Shown: positions 41,463 through 52,562 of the stretch, piece after piece
How the letters are laid out: each line of letters begins with the position of its first letter
How positions within the stretch are numbered: position 1 is the first letter of the stretch
From: Candidatus Latescibacterota bacterium
Lineage (GTDB): Bacteria; Latescibacterota; UBA2968; GCA-2709665
DNA: 64,000 nt
NCBI GenBank assembly: GCA_963662665.2
Contig: CAXXJS010000040.1
Coordinates: forward strand, 192,001 to 256,000
Reading direction: 5' to 3'
Position numbers and translations under genes: made by a program
Notes under the pieces: model-generated
What the model was told of the DNA's origin: nothing
The model's database searches: none
What the model saw: the letters and a program-made list of their open reading frames with translations, nothing else

Positions 41463-44400
41463 TGGGAATCTTCACCCTTCAGTGCGTCCTGCATCAACGT
41501 TTCGAAGTAGATCCGGATGAGACGCTGGTATTCGGCGGCAAAGCCCGCATCGAGTGCCTCCCCCAGACGTCTTCGGAGCGGGTTGTCGGCTTCGCCCAGA
41601 TTCGGAGGCAATGAACCCGGACCCCGGTAAGCGAGGTCCGACCCCCGCCGTGCCCGCCGTTCTTTGCTTCGGCCGCGTTCCCGAATCGATCGCTGTGCAT
41701 CCAGCAGGCGCGTGAGAATCCTGCGCTGGCGTTTCAGCGTTCGGCTGCCCGCGCGCTGGTTTTTCATCTCATGAATAACAGCCTCCATCTCAGAAGCTAT
41801 ATTGTCGAGATCGCCCAGGAGCGCCTGTCGTCGGCTGCCCATTCCCAGGCGGACTTCCTCCAGCGCCCGTTGGATGGCTCTCTGCCGGGCGGCCATTCGG
41901 GCGAGGCCCAACTGCTGACCGTCCCCTCCCTCGGTCGGACGCGCACCGAGCATGGATTCACTCTGTGCGTTCAGCCCCTTCTGCTGATCTGCCAGTTCCT
42001 GCATACGCTGGAGCATTTCTTCAAGACCCACCGAAGAACTTGCGGCGGCGATGTCTTTAACAACCTTCCGGAGCGCCACAGCCGCTTCGTTCAGGGCGCC
42101 CATGGCGTCCTTTCCGGTACCGGTAGCCCGGGTACCGTGGCCGGACTGAATATGACCGGCAGTCTCATGGATCTTGATGAGCGCCCGGCCCAGCGCCGCG
42201 CCGGTTTCAGGCGTTACAAAATACGTCGTATGAGCGGCTGCCATCAGGTGGTCCGTCAGACGCGTCACCCCCGCCAGAATACGGGCCTGTTCGATCGCCA
42301 GCGCAGTCGGATCACTGTCCCTTGAAATGTCCCCCGCACTGCGCGCGGTCTTTTCCTGTGCCGCGGAAAGGCCAAGCAGGTTGTGCGTCAACTGATCAAG
42401 TTGCCGTGTCAGCGCTTCTTTCCGGCGACTGACGAAGCCCTGCCTCGCCGCATCGAGGTCTTTCGCGAACCTGTTGAGGTCTCCCGCTATGCGTGCGCCC
42501 CGGGATTGAGCGGACCCCGCTGCTCCCTTGAGGAGATCCCCACTGACGCGCCCCATTCTCTCCGTGATGCGCTGCGCTTCAAACCGGTCCGACAGGCGTT
42601 GCAGTTCGTTCATCGCGTTCGGGTCGCCCGTCATTTTCCGGGCAGTTTGCGCAAGTTCGTCCTCGAATAGTCCGGCCTGCCTTTCAATCGCGTCCTGCTT
42701 CCCTGCCAGGGACGACGGATCGGGTTCGTCCCGGATGTTTTCAACCACGCGCCGCTGCGCTTCGGTCAGCGCTTCCGCGGCTCGGACCAGCGCCTCAAGG
42801 GCCTGCTCCTTGCGCAGTTGTTGCAGCAGGGCGATTGTCCGCTCCAGCGCTTGTTGAAAGCCTTTCTGTTCGGCGCGAAACGCCTTCAGCGCCGTCTCCA
42901 CGGCTTCAGGATCGACGCGCTGCATCGCGCTGCGGAGTTCCTCCATAGCTTCTCTCATCCCGGGCGTTTCAATTTCGGAAAGCAGTTCGTGTATCTGGTC
43001 CAGCTTTTGAAGGGTTTCCTCCCCCAGCACACCGCTCTGTTGCAATCTGTCGAGGGTTTCTTCGAGTTTCCCTTTTTCCTTCCGGAGTTGTTCAGCGGCG
43101 CCGGCGTGGTCATCGATTGCGGTTTCCAGTTCCTTACGATGCTGCCATTGCATCTGACGTTCCTTCAACAATCGGCGCGCAATCTCTTCAAGGCGTTCCC
43201 GTACTGCCTCCCCGCTCTCCTGAATGGCTGCCATCCGTTCCAGACCCTCTTCCTGCACCCGTTGCGCCTGCCGGTGAATCTCCAGCAAAGTTGGAAAGCG
43301 AATTGTGAAGGCCGGTGTTTCCGCTATGCCGGGACCGGATATGGCGTTGGCGTCATACGCGCGTAACCGGTAGACGATGCGATCGCCCGGCAGCAAGTCC
43401 AGGCTCGAAAGATCCCAGACGTGGGTCCGGGTGAGTTCTCCGGCGCCCGGGTTATCCAGGGGGACAGCGAGGTTTGACGCCCCTTCGTCATCGTTCAGGC
43501 TGTAACGGATTTCGATCCGGGCAACGCCAAAATCGTCACGGGCTTCAACGAACAGGGGAACGAGCATGTTCTCCCCAAGTTCGGTGTCTTTGCCCGGGCG
43601 GAGGAGGCGGATTTCAGGAGGATGGTCCTGAAGGGCCACAACGCGGTATTCTACAGGATTGGCGCTGGATATACCGTGTGTGTCGCGAAGAGCGACTGTA
43701 TATCGCCGGTTCCGTTTAACGGCCAGGTTGACAAGAGCGAAAGTTCCGTTAATTTGCGCTGTAGACGCGATGCTGTCGTCGAAGACGATTTCAGCCGTAC
43801 TCAACGGATGGCTGGATTCGACATGAAGGGTGGTCGAAGTCCCCGTAATGGCCACAATATCGCCGCCGTCCACGTCGCGGACGTCCTCCAACCCTGTATA
43901 GGCCGGATAGCGGTTGTCGTGGCTAAGCCGTACGACCACCGGCCGGGGCTTTGCGGTAACCGTATAAACCGGCGTCACCGCGTCGTTCGCTCGAAGTCGG
44001 TACTGAAACGACCGTTTTACGACGGGCATCCTGTGCGCGATCCGCGCGTTGCGGACCCTGATCTCGAGGGGAGTCCACGTGTCGTTCTCCCTTAAATGGA
44101 CATGGGCATGAAGGGGCACAAGACCTGTAAGGGTCGCCGATATTGCAAAGGGTTCGCCAGCGATGATTTCAGCGCTACCGGGATGGGTGGCAATGAATGT
44201 TTCGGGCGGCCGGACGTAGGCCGTCGCAGGATGGGCAAGGCGGCGGGCGGCGGCGGTAAGCGGTCCGGGCAGGATCGTGAACGCAAGGAGGATGGCCATG
44301 CCCAGCGCGCCGCAAAGGGCGGCCATTCGCAGAGGCGGGGTGCGGGGAACCAGGGGATCCAGGTTCAGATTCGCGAGGGTTTCATCCGCCTGCATAACAG

Positions 44401-44791
44401 ATGCTTCGATCATCCCGGGTGAAAAGTCGGCGCGGCCGTAGTGACCGGGGAGTTGCAGCGCACTGATCAGGCGTTGCTGCAGGCCTCCGAACGCCCGTTC
44501 GACCTGCAACGCGACGTCTTCCATTGAAGGTGGCAGGAAAAGCGGGCGAAAGCAGTATGCAACCGCAAGACCGAGCAGCGCGAGTCCCGCGGCGCCCGCC
44601 GCTGCCAACTTGACAGCGGGCGACAGATACAGGGCGGTTTCGAGCAGAAGCAAAACGAAAAAGCACCCCAGCGCGCAGCATAGGGTCGCTCCCGCGCCGT
44701 ACAGGATCCGGGCGGCCGTTTGTCTTCTGCGAAGCCCGCTGAGCGTGCAAAGCAGACTCTGGTACGCGGTATCTGCGGATGGTCTGGCCAT
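41459..44791 (-). CDS. DUF4175-like membrane-anchored coiled-coil protein
   Basis: N-terminal TM helices, RLISALQ, beta region with ARDDFGV, long coiled coil, RILTRLLDAQRS and YQRLIRIYF. Confidence 0.8.
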   Translation of the reverse strand: MARPSADTAYQSLLCTLSGLRRRQTAARILYGAGATLCCALGCFFVLLLLETALYLSPAVKLAAAGAAGLALLGLAVAYCFRPLFLPPSMEDVALQVERAFGGLQQRLISALQLPGHYGRADFSPGMIEASVMQADETLANLNLDPLVPRTPPLRMAALCGALGMAILLAFTILPGPLTAAARRLAHPATAYVRPPETFIATHPGSAEIIAGEPFAISATLTGLVPLHAHVHLRENDTWTPLEIRVRNARIAHRMPVVKRSFQYRLRANDAVTPVYTVTAKPRPVVVRLSHDNRYPAYTGLEDVRDVDGGDIVAITGTSTTLHVESSHPLSTAEIVFDDSIASTAQINGTFALVNLAVKRNRRYTVALRDTHGISSANPVEYRVVALQDHPPEIRLLRPGKDTELGENMLVPLFVEARDDFGVARIEIRYSLNDDEGASNLAVPLDNPGAGELTRTHVWDLSSLDLLPGDRIVYRLRAYDANAISGPGIAETPAFTIRFPTLLEIHRQAQRVQEEGLERMAAIQESGEAVRERLEEIARRLLKERQMQWQHRKELETAIDDHAGAAEQLRKEKGKLEETLDRLQQSGVLGEETLQKLDQIHELLSEIETPGMREAMEELRSAMQRVDPEAVETALKAFRAEQKGFQQALERTIALLQQLRKEQALEALVRAAEALTEAQRRVVENIRDEPDPSSLAGKQDAIERQAGLFEDELAQTARKMTGDPNAMNELQRLSDRFEAQRITERMGRVSGDLLKGAAGSAQSRGARIAGDLNRFAKDLDAARQGFVSRRKEALTRQLDQLTHNLLGLSAAQEKTARSAGDISRDSDPTALAIEQARILAGVTRLTDHLMAAAHTTYFVTPETGAALGRALIKIHETAGHIQSGHGTRATGTGKDAMGALNEAAVALRKVVKDIAAASSSVGLEEMLQRMQELADQQKGLNAQSESMLGARPTEGGDGQQLGLARMAARQRAIQRALEEVRLGMGSRRQALLGDLDNIASEMEAVIHEMKNQRAGSRTLKRQRRILTRLLDAQRSIRERGRSKERRARRGSDLAYRGPGSLPPNLGEADNPLRRRLGEALDAGFAAEYQRLIRIYFETLMQDALKGEDSQ

Positions 44792-44900
44792 AAGCGTAGG
44801 AAACGCAAAGACCGAGCTGCGTTCGGCCTGTTCGATAGAGGCGCCGGACCAAGGGGGTAACGTGGGGGATCCCCTATTTCACCCCGAGCCGGCCGCGTAG

Positions 44901-45620
44901 TTAGTGCGTGAGCGCCCAGACAATGACGTTCGTCCCCATTTTCAAGGCGGCATCGCGCTTTTCCGGTGGATCTTCGTGAACGGCTGCATCGTTCCAACCA
45001 TCCCCGAGGTCGCACTCGTAATTATAAAACACCACAAGCCGTCCTTCGTGAAAGATGCCGAAGGCCTGTGGTCTCTTGCCGTCGTGCTCGTGGATTTTCG
45101 GCAGGCCGTCCGGAAACCGGAAAGGCCTTTGAAAGACACCGAACGAGGGCGGCAGTTCCACCAGTTCCTTGTCGGGGAAGGTTCGTTTGATTTCACGGCG
45201 AAACGCTTTGTCGAGTCCGTAATCGTCATTGGCAAAAAGGAAACCGCCGCGTTCAAGGTACGCGCGGAGGCGCCTGACTTCCTCTTCGGTAAATCGGATA
45301 TTTCCGTGCCCGGTGAGATAAAGAACCGGATAAGCGAAAAGGTCTTCGTCCATGATTTCCACCCGGGCTTCCTGTTCTGCCGTGTGGATCGTCGTTCGGC
45401 TCCCGATAAAGGCCAGAAGGTTCGGAATCTCAGTGGGCCCGTTGTACCAGTCTCCGCCGCCCCCGAATTTGAGCCTCGCTATCGTGAACGATGCCGGTGG
45501 ATCGGAAAGCTGCGCCGGACAGCGGGCGGCGCCTGGCGTCAGGAGGCAGAACGCAACGATAGCTAAGCCCCATCGTACCGGCAATCCAACGGTATTTTTT
45601 TCCTTTTCACTCCTGTTCAT
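44901..45620 (-). CDS. DUF4159 domain protein
   Basis: ARLKFGGGGDWY, YLTGHG, GGFLFANDDYG, DLGDGW and ALKMGTN. Confidence 0.9.
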   Translation of the reverse strand: MNRSEKEKNTVGLPVRWGLAIVAFCLLTPGAARCPAQLSDPPASFTIARLKFGGGGDWYNGPTEIPNLLAFIGSRTTIHTAEQEARVEIMDEDLFAYPVLYLTGHGNIRFTEEEVRRLRAYLERGGFLFANDDYGLDKAFRREIKRTFPDKELVELPPSFGVFQRPFRFPDGLPKIHEHDGKRPQAFGIFHEGRLVVFYNYECDLGDGWNDAAVHEDPPEKRDAALKMGTNVIVWALTH

Positions 45621-45668
45621 CTTTTTTGAGAATAGCCCTCCGGTTCAGTGACACAGGTGCCGGACATG

Positions 45669-45700
45669 GGAAAGCGGGGACCCTGCGATCCCCGCTTTCC
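45669..45700. repeat. Intergenic 12-bp-stem hairpin
   Basis: GGAAAGCGGGGA / TCCCCGCTTTCC perfect stem with no U-tract. Confidence 0.55.
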
Positions 45701-45755
45701 GGCGCCCAACGCCCAACCCCGGACTAAACGTGGCGCCGGTGCTCCCGGGCTCCGG

Positions 45756-46103
45756 CTAATCGGTGTCGATCTGAAGTATTGGTTTCGCCCGTTCCGGTTC
45801 GACCAACGAACTCTTCGCGAAACTGAATGTGCAATCAAATTCGACGTCGGCCAGACAACGCTCGTCGATAGGAAACGCGCTACACTGGCGTGGCCGGTTT
45901 TCGTAGATGCTGCAGGCGGAAAAACCATCGTCCTGCTTGATTACGAACGGGCATCGGAATAGAATCTCGCAGCAGTTGCCGCAGCGGTTGCATTCGCCCG
46001 ACAGGCGCGATGCCTGCTCGGCAACATAGGATTGGCGGAAGTGGGCAAAGAAAAAACGGCGAACTTTTCCTGCGGCCTGCCTAGCCTTCAGCGACAAATT
46101 CAT
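45756..46103 (-). CDS. CxxCxxCC cysteine-cluster protein (YkgJ-like)
   Basis: CNRCGNCC...CPF...CSIYENRPRQCSAFP. Confidence 0.8.
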   Translation of the reverse strand: MNLSLKARQAAGKVRRFFFAHFRQSYVAEQASRLSGECNRCGNCCEILFRCPFVIKQDDGFSACSIYENRPRQCSAFPIDERCLADVEFDCTFSFAKSSLVEPERAKPILQIDTD

Positions 46104-46135
46104 GTCGACTCCGCATCTCTTTCGCAGATATGCAG

Positions 46136-47646
46136 TCAGGGACCGTCGGGACGGTTCTCCGTAGATACACCTGGCTTTGCGCCAGCCGCCTTCGGTAGCC
46201 TGAACAGTTCACGGATTTCCTGCCACTCTCCTGTTTCCAGGAAGTTCCAACCCCACAGGATAAGCGGATACGCCAGCATCAGAAGGCACCGGGCCGCAAT
46301 GCCGGATGGGCTGAGGTTTGAGACGTTTCCCGATACGACGAGGAACACGATACCGCCGGCGACCCCGATCTTCGCAAGCCGGGCGTACTCGTAGGCAACA
46401 GGATAAAACCGTCGTGTGTACAGATAGAGGAAAAGGACCATTACACCGTAAGCGGCCAGGGTACTCCAGGCCGCCCCGAGCACGCCCATACGCGGGATAA
46501 GCAGAAGGTTGAACCCCACGTTGACACCCGCGCCCAGGCCCACCACGAGGGGCAGCATGCGTGAGCGACCCTCCGCGTAGACCCCGGCCGTCAATATAAT
46601 GTATATTCCGGATAGCAGGAATGCAAGGGTTACAATTGGGATGACACCCTGTGCAGGCAGATATTCGGAGGCTTTGCTTCCACATCCCAGCAGGATGAGA
46701 TCCCGTGCGAAGGTGGAAAGCGCGAGCAGCAACAGGGTGGCTCCCGCCGCGAAATAGGTCGTCATCCGGGCGACAACCGTGCGGGCCTCGGTTCTGTCCG
46801 GAATGGCCAGGATACCCGGCGCCCACGCGGCGCGGAATACCCGCGTAAGCATCTGCATGGGCAGGCAGAACCTGAAGAGAATCTGAAGAATCCCGACGGG
46901 ATCCTTGCCGAGGAAAAATTTCAGGAGCAACCGGTCGGAAAGGTTGATCAGAAGAAGGGCCGCGGCGGATGGTACAAAAGGCAGACCAAAGCGAAGAAGA
47001 TCGCGCAGTATAGACGGCGAATAGACGGGCCGTAGTGTACTGAGTCCGATTGACACAGGACCAGAAAGGCAAAAACGGAGCTGACCAGGTTGCTCCAGAA
47101 AATAGCACGTACCCCGTGCCCTTCCCAGACGATCAGGTACACGGTGAGACCAAGCTGCAGCGTGTGCTGGACGAACCGCACGGACGCGTAGATTCCGGAT
47201 CGCTGCCTCACCCTGCACAACGTTAAAAATGGCTCGGACAGGGTGTCCAGCAGCAGAATCACCGCAATTATGTGGAAGACGTCCGCGTAGGCCGTGTCAT
47301 TGAGAAAAAAGACGGCCAGGTGCGCGGCGGAATTCCATACCGCGAAGGATAAAAGGACGCCCGTGACCATAAGCGTCCAGTATGCCGTGCTGAACTTGAG
47401 GCGCAGATCGGCTTCATCGCGCTCGACGGCGAGGTGGCGCACGAGCGCATGGTTCAGACCGAGGGCGTACAGGAGAACGCTGAAGCTGACAAAAGCGTAC
47501 GCAAGGGCCATATCGCCGTTTTCGGATGGGGAGAGAAGCCGGGCATAGACGGGTACCAGAAGGATACCCGTGGCTTTACCGAGCATGTCGCCCATCCCGT
47601 AAACGGCAGTGTGTCTTGCGAGCGATCTGACGTGTCGGAAGCCCAT
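46136..47646 (-). CDS. Oligosaccharide flippase (Wzx-like); frameshift near 47052
   Basis: SLARHTAVYG...LLVPVYARLL; LLRFGLPFVP...SDR; NLLLIPRMGVLGAAWST. One extra C on the minus strand joins ORFs 46948-47673 and 46136-47218 (FLVLC-PIGL). Confidence 0.85.
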
Positions 47647-47773
47647 GGACAAAACGGGGCCCTCCATCTTCATCGGGTTTGGACGGGTCGACAGACGTTC
47701 CTTCCCGCGGGAGAAACTGGATCGCGCATGTCGTATTCCGGTTCGCGACCGATGAGTCGGATGGCTGGAACGG

Positions 47774-50203
47774 TTACAACATCGATACAGGGTCTATGTC
47801 CACGTCCAGCGTCACGGCTGCGCGGCGATTTCGGCCGAATTCGCGCAGGGCCCTGCGGGCGAGAACGTTCAGGTTCCTGGACGAGGGTGTCTTGAGTATG
47901 ACCTGCCAACGATAGCTCCTGCGGATCCGGGCAAGGGGCGCCTGTGCCGGTCCCATCACGTCCACGTGCGGCAATGCCATTTCGCGCAGGGCCTCGGCGC
48001 ACAATCCGGCGGTTCGGGCGACATCGGGTTCATGCCTGCCTTTGAAGAGGAGCAGGGCCATGCGGCCGAAAGGAGGATAGAGCACGCTGCGTCGCCCCTC
48101 GAGTTCAAGTTCAGCGAATTTCTGAAAGTCGTGATTCCTTGCGCACCGCACGGCTTCCCCCTCCGGCAGGTGGGTCTGTATGACGACCTCGCCGGGAGAG
48201 TGCCCGCGCCCGGCCCGGCCGCTCACCTGCGTAAGCAACTGGAAAGTACGCTCTCCCGCTCTGAAGTCCGGTAGATGAATGCCGGTATCCGCCGAAATGA
48301 CGCCAACCAGGGTAACGCCGGGGAAATCCAGGCCCTTGGCCACCATTTGCGTTCCAAGCAAAACATCCGCCTGGCCCAACCTGAAGGACTCCAGGATACG
48401 GTCGTGCGCCCCTTTCCTGCGTGTCGAGTCGACGTCCATGCGGAGCAGGCGCAGGTCGGGGAATTGCTCCTTGAGGGCCTCCTCCACCCGTTGCGTGCCC
48501 ACACCCAGCAGCCGGAGATTAGGCCCCTCGCAGCCGTGGCATACGGAAGGCGCCGGGGTATCGAAGGCGCAATAGTGGCACACCATCCGCCGGCCCGGGG
48601 CATGGTAGGTGAGGGTGACACGGCAATTCGGACATTGTACGCTCCCGCCGCAATCCTGACATTGCACAAAGGGAGCATACCCTCTGCGGTTTTGCAGCAG
48701 GATGACCCGCTCCTTTTTCTTGAGGCGGTCCCTGAGTTTCTCCCGCAGAACCCGTGAAAAGAGGCCGCCGCTTTCTTTCCTCATATCCGCAAGGATAACC
48801 GTGGGCAGGGGGCGGGCGTCGATCCGTTCCGGCAGAGAAAGTAAATTGAACTTGTCGGTTTCGACATTGTGAAAGGACTCAAGCGCCGGTGTCGCCGAGC
48901 CCAGAATGACGGGGATATCTTCCATTTTCGCCCGCATTACCGCAACGTCCCGAGCGTTGTACCGCGGCGCCGGATCCGACTGTTTGTACGCGCCGTCGTG
49001 CTCCTCGTCCACAATGATCAGGCCGAGGTTCGATACCGGCGCAAAAACGGCGGAACGAGCACCTATGACAATGGTCCGCCGGCCCTCGCGGACGTCCCGC
49101 CAGGCATCGTAGCGTTCGCTCTCCGACAGAGCGCTGTGGATGACGGCGACCCGGTTGCCGAAATGGGATCGGAAACGGCGCACCGTTTGAGGGGTGAGCG
49201 AGATCTCGGGTACCAGGACCAGTGCGCCCATCCCGGCCTGCAGGACCCGATCGACCGCCTGAATGTAAACCAGCGTCTTGCCGCTCCCGGTAACCCCGTG
49301 CAGGAGAAAGGGACTGAATCTGGAGGGACTGAACGAACACTCGATTTCCTCTAGCGCTTTCTGCTGATGCGCGGTGGGGGTCAGCCGCTCGGGAGGAACG
49401 GGTTCCACTTCGGCGTACGGGTCCCTCCGGACTTCGCGCTCGTAGATCCTGACCAGTCTTCGGACGGACAGCGCTTTGAGGACGCCCGGCCCTATACCGG
49501 CGTGGCGAAGTGCTACCGACGGCATGGCGCCGCCGCAAGCCTGAAGACGCCTGAGACACTCCGCCTGTCGGGGCGCCCTGCGCTCGAGTGCGGGCCATTC
49601 AAGTTCGAACCACCGCGCATCAGCCACCAGACGAACCATACGCTCCTGCCTGGGCTTGACTCGAGGATCTTCAATGATCTGATGGGTTGTAAGCATACCC
49701 CTGCGAATCAGTCCGTAGACGGCACTTCGGACCGCGTTTCCCGGCAGGCGGCGCTGAAGTTGACGGAGGCTGGCCGGGCCCCCGGTTTGCAGGTGGTCCA
49801 GCACCTTTTCCTGAAATGCGGTAATCGGGCCTCGACCGCCGCCATTGAGGGTATTAATCCTGATGCGCTGTCCGCTGTGTGTGTGGATGCCGGCGGGAAG
49901 CGCGGCCGTGAGGACTTCGGACAGGGTGCAGACGTAATATCCCGCCATCCAGCGACAGAGGTCGAGGACGATTGGTGAAACGACGGGATAGGAATCGAGC
50001 AGAATACCGATTGCCTTGACGTTGTCCAGATCGGTGTGGTCTTGAAAACCGACGACAATGCCGGTTGTCCATCGGGGACCCAGAGGAACGAGCGCCCTGC
50101 TTCCGACGTGAGTTTGATGCTTGAGATCGTCGGGAACCAGGTAGGTCATTTCCCGGTCTATTGGCGTGGCGAGGGGGACAATTTGCGCGTAGTTTGAATC
50201 CAT
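47774..50203 (-). CDS. priA: Primosomal protein N'
   Basis: GVTGSGKT, LVPEISLTPQ, DEEH, SATP, four CxxC motifs, GTQMVAKGLDF and QVSGRAGR. Confidence 0.97.
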   Translation of the reverse strand: MDSNYAQIVPLATPIDREMTYLVPDDLKHQTHVGSRALVPLGPRWTTGIVVGFQDHTDLDNVKAIGILLDSYPVVSPIVLDLCRWMAGYYVCTLSEVLTAALPAGIHTHSGQRIRINTLNGGGRGPITAFQEKVLDHLQTGGPASLRQLQRRLPGNAVRSAVYGLIRRGMLTTHQIIEDPRVKPRQERMVRLVADARWFELEWPALERRAPRQAECLRRLQACGGAMPSVALRHAGIGPGVLKALSVRRLVRIYEREVRRDPYAEVEPVPPERLTPTAHQQKALEEIECSFSPSRFSPFLLHGVTGSGKTLVYIQAVDRVLQAGMGALVLVPEISLTPQTVRRFRSHFGNRVAVIHSALSESERYDAWRDVREGRRTIVIGARSAVFAPVSNLGLIIVDEEHDGAYKQSDPAPRYNARDVAVMRAKMEDIPVILGSATPALESFHNVETDKFNLLSLPERIDARPLPTVILADMRKESGGLFSRVLREKLRDRLKKKERVILLQNRRGYAPFVQCQDCGGSVQCPNCRVTLTYHAPGRRMVCHYCAFDTPAPSVCHGCEGPNLRLLGVGTQRVEEALKEQFPDLRLLRMDVDSTRRKGAHDRILESFRLGQADVLLGTQMVAKGLDFPGVTLVGVISADTGIHLPDFRAGERTFQLLTQVSGRAGRGHSPGEVVIQTHLPEGEAVRCARNHDFQKFAELELEGRRSVLYPPFGRMALLLFKGRHEPDVARTAGLCAEALREMALPHVDVMGPAQAPLARIRRSYRWQVILKTPSSRNLNVLARRALREFGRNRRAAVTLDVDIDPVSML

Positions 50204-50209
50204 TGCGGA

Positions 50210-51268
50210 TCAACGCACGGGTGGCGGCGCCACAGATTCAATCTCTTCAACCCAGATATTGGATCGGGAGATGAACAGGCGGTGTTTCCGGCCGTGTTTG
50301 GTGGGAACGGAAACAGGCCTGTCCTGCAGGGAGAGGGAGACAGCGGCGGGGTCTGCAATTTCCACGCGGAACCGATCGCGGGCGATCCACTTCCTCTGAT
50401 CGCCCGAAATCAGCCGACTTTCAATGGTTGAGTCGCCGTCGCTGGAAACGCGTACCCGCGTATCCAGCAATGCATGAACGGTAAGGACTAACTCGTCTTC
50501 CCGGATTCCCGAGTACTGCTGCGGAAGCGAATACGCCGACACCACACGCTCGCCCGACGGCGAAGCCTCCGGGTTGTCCGGTTCCTTCGGTTCGGTATGG
50601 AGGGATTCGGCCGGCGCCGTCGCTGCCTCGTTGCGGCCTGCAGACGCAACAGGGACCGCTTCGGGTTCCAGCGTTGTTGAAGTCTCCGTACCGGACGTCG
50701 TCGATCTGCTTACGTCCCCCGACGTCTGCGCTTCCGTATCTACCGGCGCCGGCGCTGCCTCGTTGCGGCCTGCAGGCGCCACAGGGACCGCCTTGGGTTC
50801 CAGCGTTTTTGAAATCTCCCGTTCGGACGTCGTCGATCTGCTTACGTCTCCAGGCATCGGCGCTTCCATCTCTACCGGCGGCGGCGGCGGCGAATCACTC
50901 CGGAGTACCACGGCAGCGATGACAACGACCAATGCCAATACACATAGAATCGCAAGGATGGGACCCCACGACAGTGACCGGTCCCGTGTCCGGTGTACGG
51001 CGACCTGGGGCAATTCCGAGTTGGGCCTGGCTTTGTCATATCTGTCCAAAGTCTCCTCGACGTTGAGGCCGACTTCCTGCGCGTATTTTTTGAGAAAGAG
51101 GCGAACGTAAATTTCCGGAAGGACGTCGTAGTTGCCGGTTTCGATGGCGCGGAGGTACTCCGGGTTGATCCGCGTACGTTCGAACAGTTCGTCCAGGGAC
51201 ATACCGCTGGCTTCACGTTGGACGCGTAACTCAGATGCAAATTCACGCATTAGCGGCTCCGAAATCAA
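50210..51268 (-). CDS. rodZ: RodZ-like protein (HTH, TM, DUF4115-like)
   Basis: LRVQRE...TRINPEYLRAIETG...YVRLFLKKYA; single TM; Pro/Thr linker; beta C-terminal domain. Confidence 0.75.
   Translation of the reverse strand: MISEPLMREFASELRVQREASGMSLDELFERTRINPEYLRAIETGNYDVLPEIYVRLFLKKYAQEVGLNVEETLDRYDKARPNSELPQVAVHRTRDRSLSWGPILAILCVLALVVVIAAVVLRSDSPPPPPVEMEAPMPGDVSRSTTSEREISKTLEPKAVPVAPAGRNEAAPAPVDTEAQTSGDVSRSTTSGTETSTTLEPEAVPVASAGRNEAATAPAESLHTEPKEPDNPEASPSGERVVSAYSLPQQYSGIREDELVLTVHALLDTRVRVSSDGDSTIESRLISGDQRKWIARDRFRVEIADPAAVSLSLQDRPVSVPTKHGRKHRLFISRSNIWVEEIESVAPPPVR
50612..50875 (-). repeat. 132-bp tandem duplication in the RodZ linker (boundaries approximate)
   Basis: GGACGTCGTCGATCTGCTTACGTC at 50693 and 50825. 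Confidence 0.85.
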
Positions 51269-51870
51269 TCATTCCAACGCCCGGAGGCAAACTGCAAGGG
51301 CGACTTGCCCACCATTTGTTCGAGGAGTGAGCAGAACAGCGAGAGCGGTAATCCCACAACATTGTAAAAGCAGCCCGAGATTGATTGAACAAACGCGGCC
51401 GCCATTCCCTGAACCGCATACGCGCCCGCTTTGTCCATGGGTTCCCCGGTTTTTACGTAGAATTGGATTTCTTCCGGTTTGAGCGGTCTCATGGCGACGT
51501 CCGTCACCGCCGCGTCCCGGAGAAAACGACCGGACTCCGTATCGATCAACATCAGACCGGTATGAACCTGGTGAGTCTTTCCCGATAGCCTGCTCAGCAT
51601 TTGAATCGCCTCGACCTCTCCGGCGGGCTTTTCTAGAATGTCGCCGTCCAGAACAACCACGGTGTCCGCGCCAAGGACAAGCTCCCGGCGGAAACTGGCA
51701 GCAACCGTCCGCGCCTTTCGGGAAGCAATTTCACGGACATAGTCCGCAGGTGGAATCGACCTGTCCATGGTTTCCGAAACATGGCTCGGCACAACTTCAA
51801 AGGACATGCCGAGCAGACGCAGCAGTTCGGACCGCCTCGGTGATGCAGAGGCCAGGATGAGCTTTTTCAT
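51265..51870 (-). CDS. maf: Maf family nucleotide pyrophosphatase
   Basis: LILASASPRR, GADTVV, KP, DKAGAY and NVVGLP. Confidence 0.95.
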   Translation of the reverse strand: MKKLILASASPRRSELLRLLGMSFEVVPSHVSETMDRSIPPADYVREIASRKARTVAASFRRELVLGADTVVVLDGDILEKPAGEVEAIQMLSRLSGKTHQVHTGLMLIDTESGRFLRDAAVTDVAMRPLKPEEIQFYVKTGEPMDKAGAYAVQGMAAAFVQSISGCFYNVVGLPLSLFCSLLEQMVGKSPLQFASGRWND

Positions 51871-51926
51871 GTTTGGGAATGTTGATGCCCGGTACGACTG
51901 CGCGGCGTTAATAACCCGTGTATTTA

Positions 51927-52367
51927 TTACGAAGTCTCAACCATGATGGTGACGGGGCCGTCGTTGTGTATTTCAACGTGCATGTTGGCGCCGAACTTCC
52001 CCGTGCTGACCGATACACCCTGGTTGCGCAGCACATCCACGAATTCGTTATAGTGTGCCTCGGCCATCCCGGGGGGAGCCGCGCTGGCGTAACCGGGACG
52101 ACGACCCTTACGGGTATCGCCATACAGCGTGAACTGTGAGACAACCAGGGCCTGCCCTCTGACGTCAACGAGGGAACGATTCATCTTGCCCTGTTCATCT
52201 CCGAAGATCCGGAGTTGGGCGCATTTGCCGGCAACGTACTGGATGTCTGCGGGGGTGTCCTGCCGGCCCACGCCCAGAAGAATCAGCATACCCCGGCCGA
52301 TTTCCGCGGTGAGTTGTCCGTTGATGTATACCGCGGAACGGCTGACCCGTTGTACAAGCGCTCGCAC
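51927..52367 (-). CDS. dtd: D-aminoacyl-tRNA deacylase
   Basis: RALVQRV, VSQFTLYG, KGRRP, FGANM and NDGPVT. Confidence 0.97.
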   Translation of the reverse strand: MRALVQRVSRSAVYINGQLTAEIGRGMLILLGVGRQDTPADIQYVAGKCAQLRIFGDEQGKMNRSLVDVRGQALVVSQFTLYGDTRKGRRPGYASAAPPGMAEAHYNEFVDVLRNQGVSVSTGKFGANMHVEIHNDGPVTIMVETS

Positions 52368-52562
52368 CCTGGTCCCTGGAATTCAAGATACGCCACCAAT
52401 GGTGGGGTTGCATTGGAGATTTGGCGGCATTAGAAACAAAGCGGCATACCTACAGGTAATTTAGCCGATTCGCGAGGTCGAGGCAAGGGAAAGAACACGC
52501 TGCGAGAATGGAAACCGGGGGTGGGGACGGAAAGGGGAGATTCCAATGCTATCCGGCTGATT

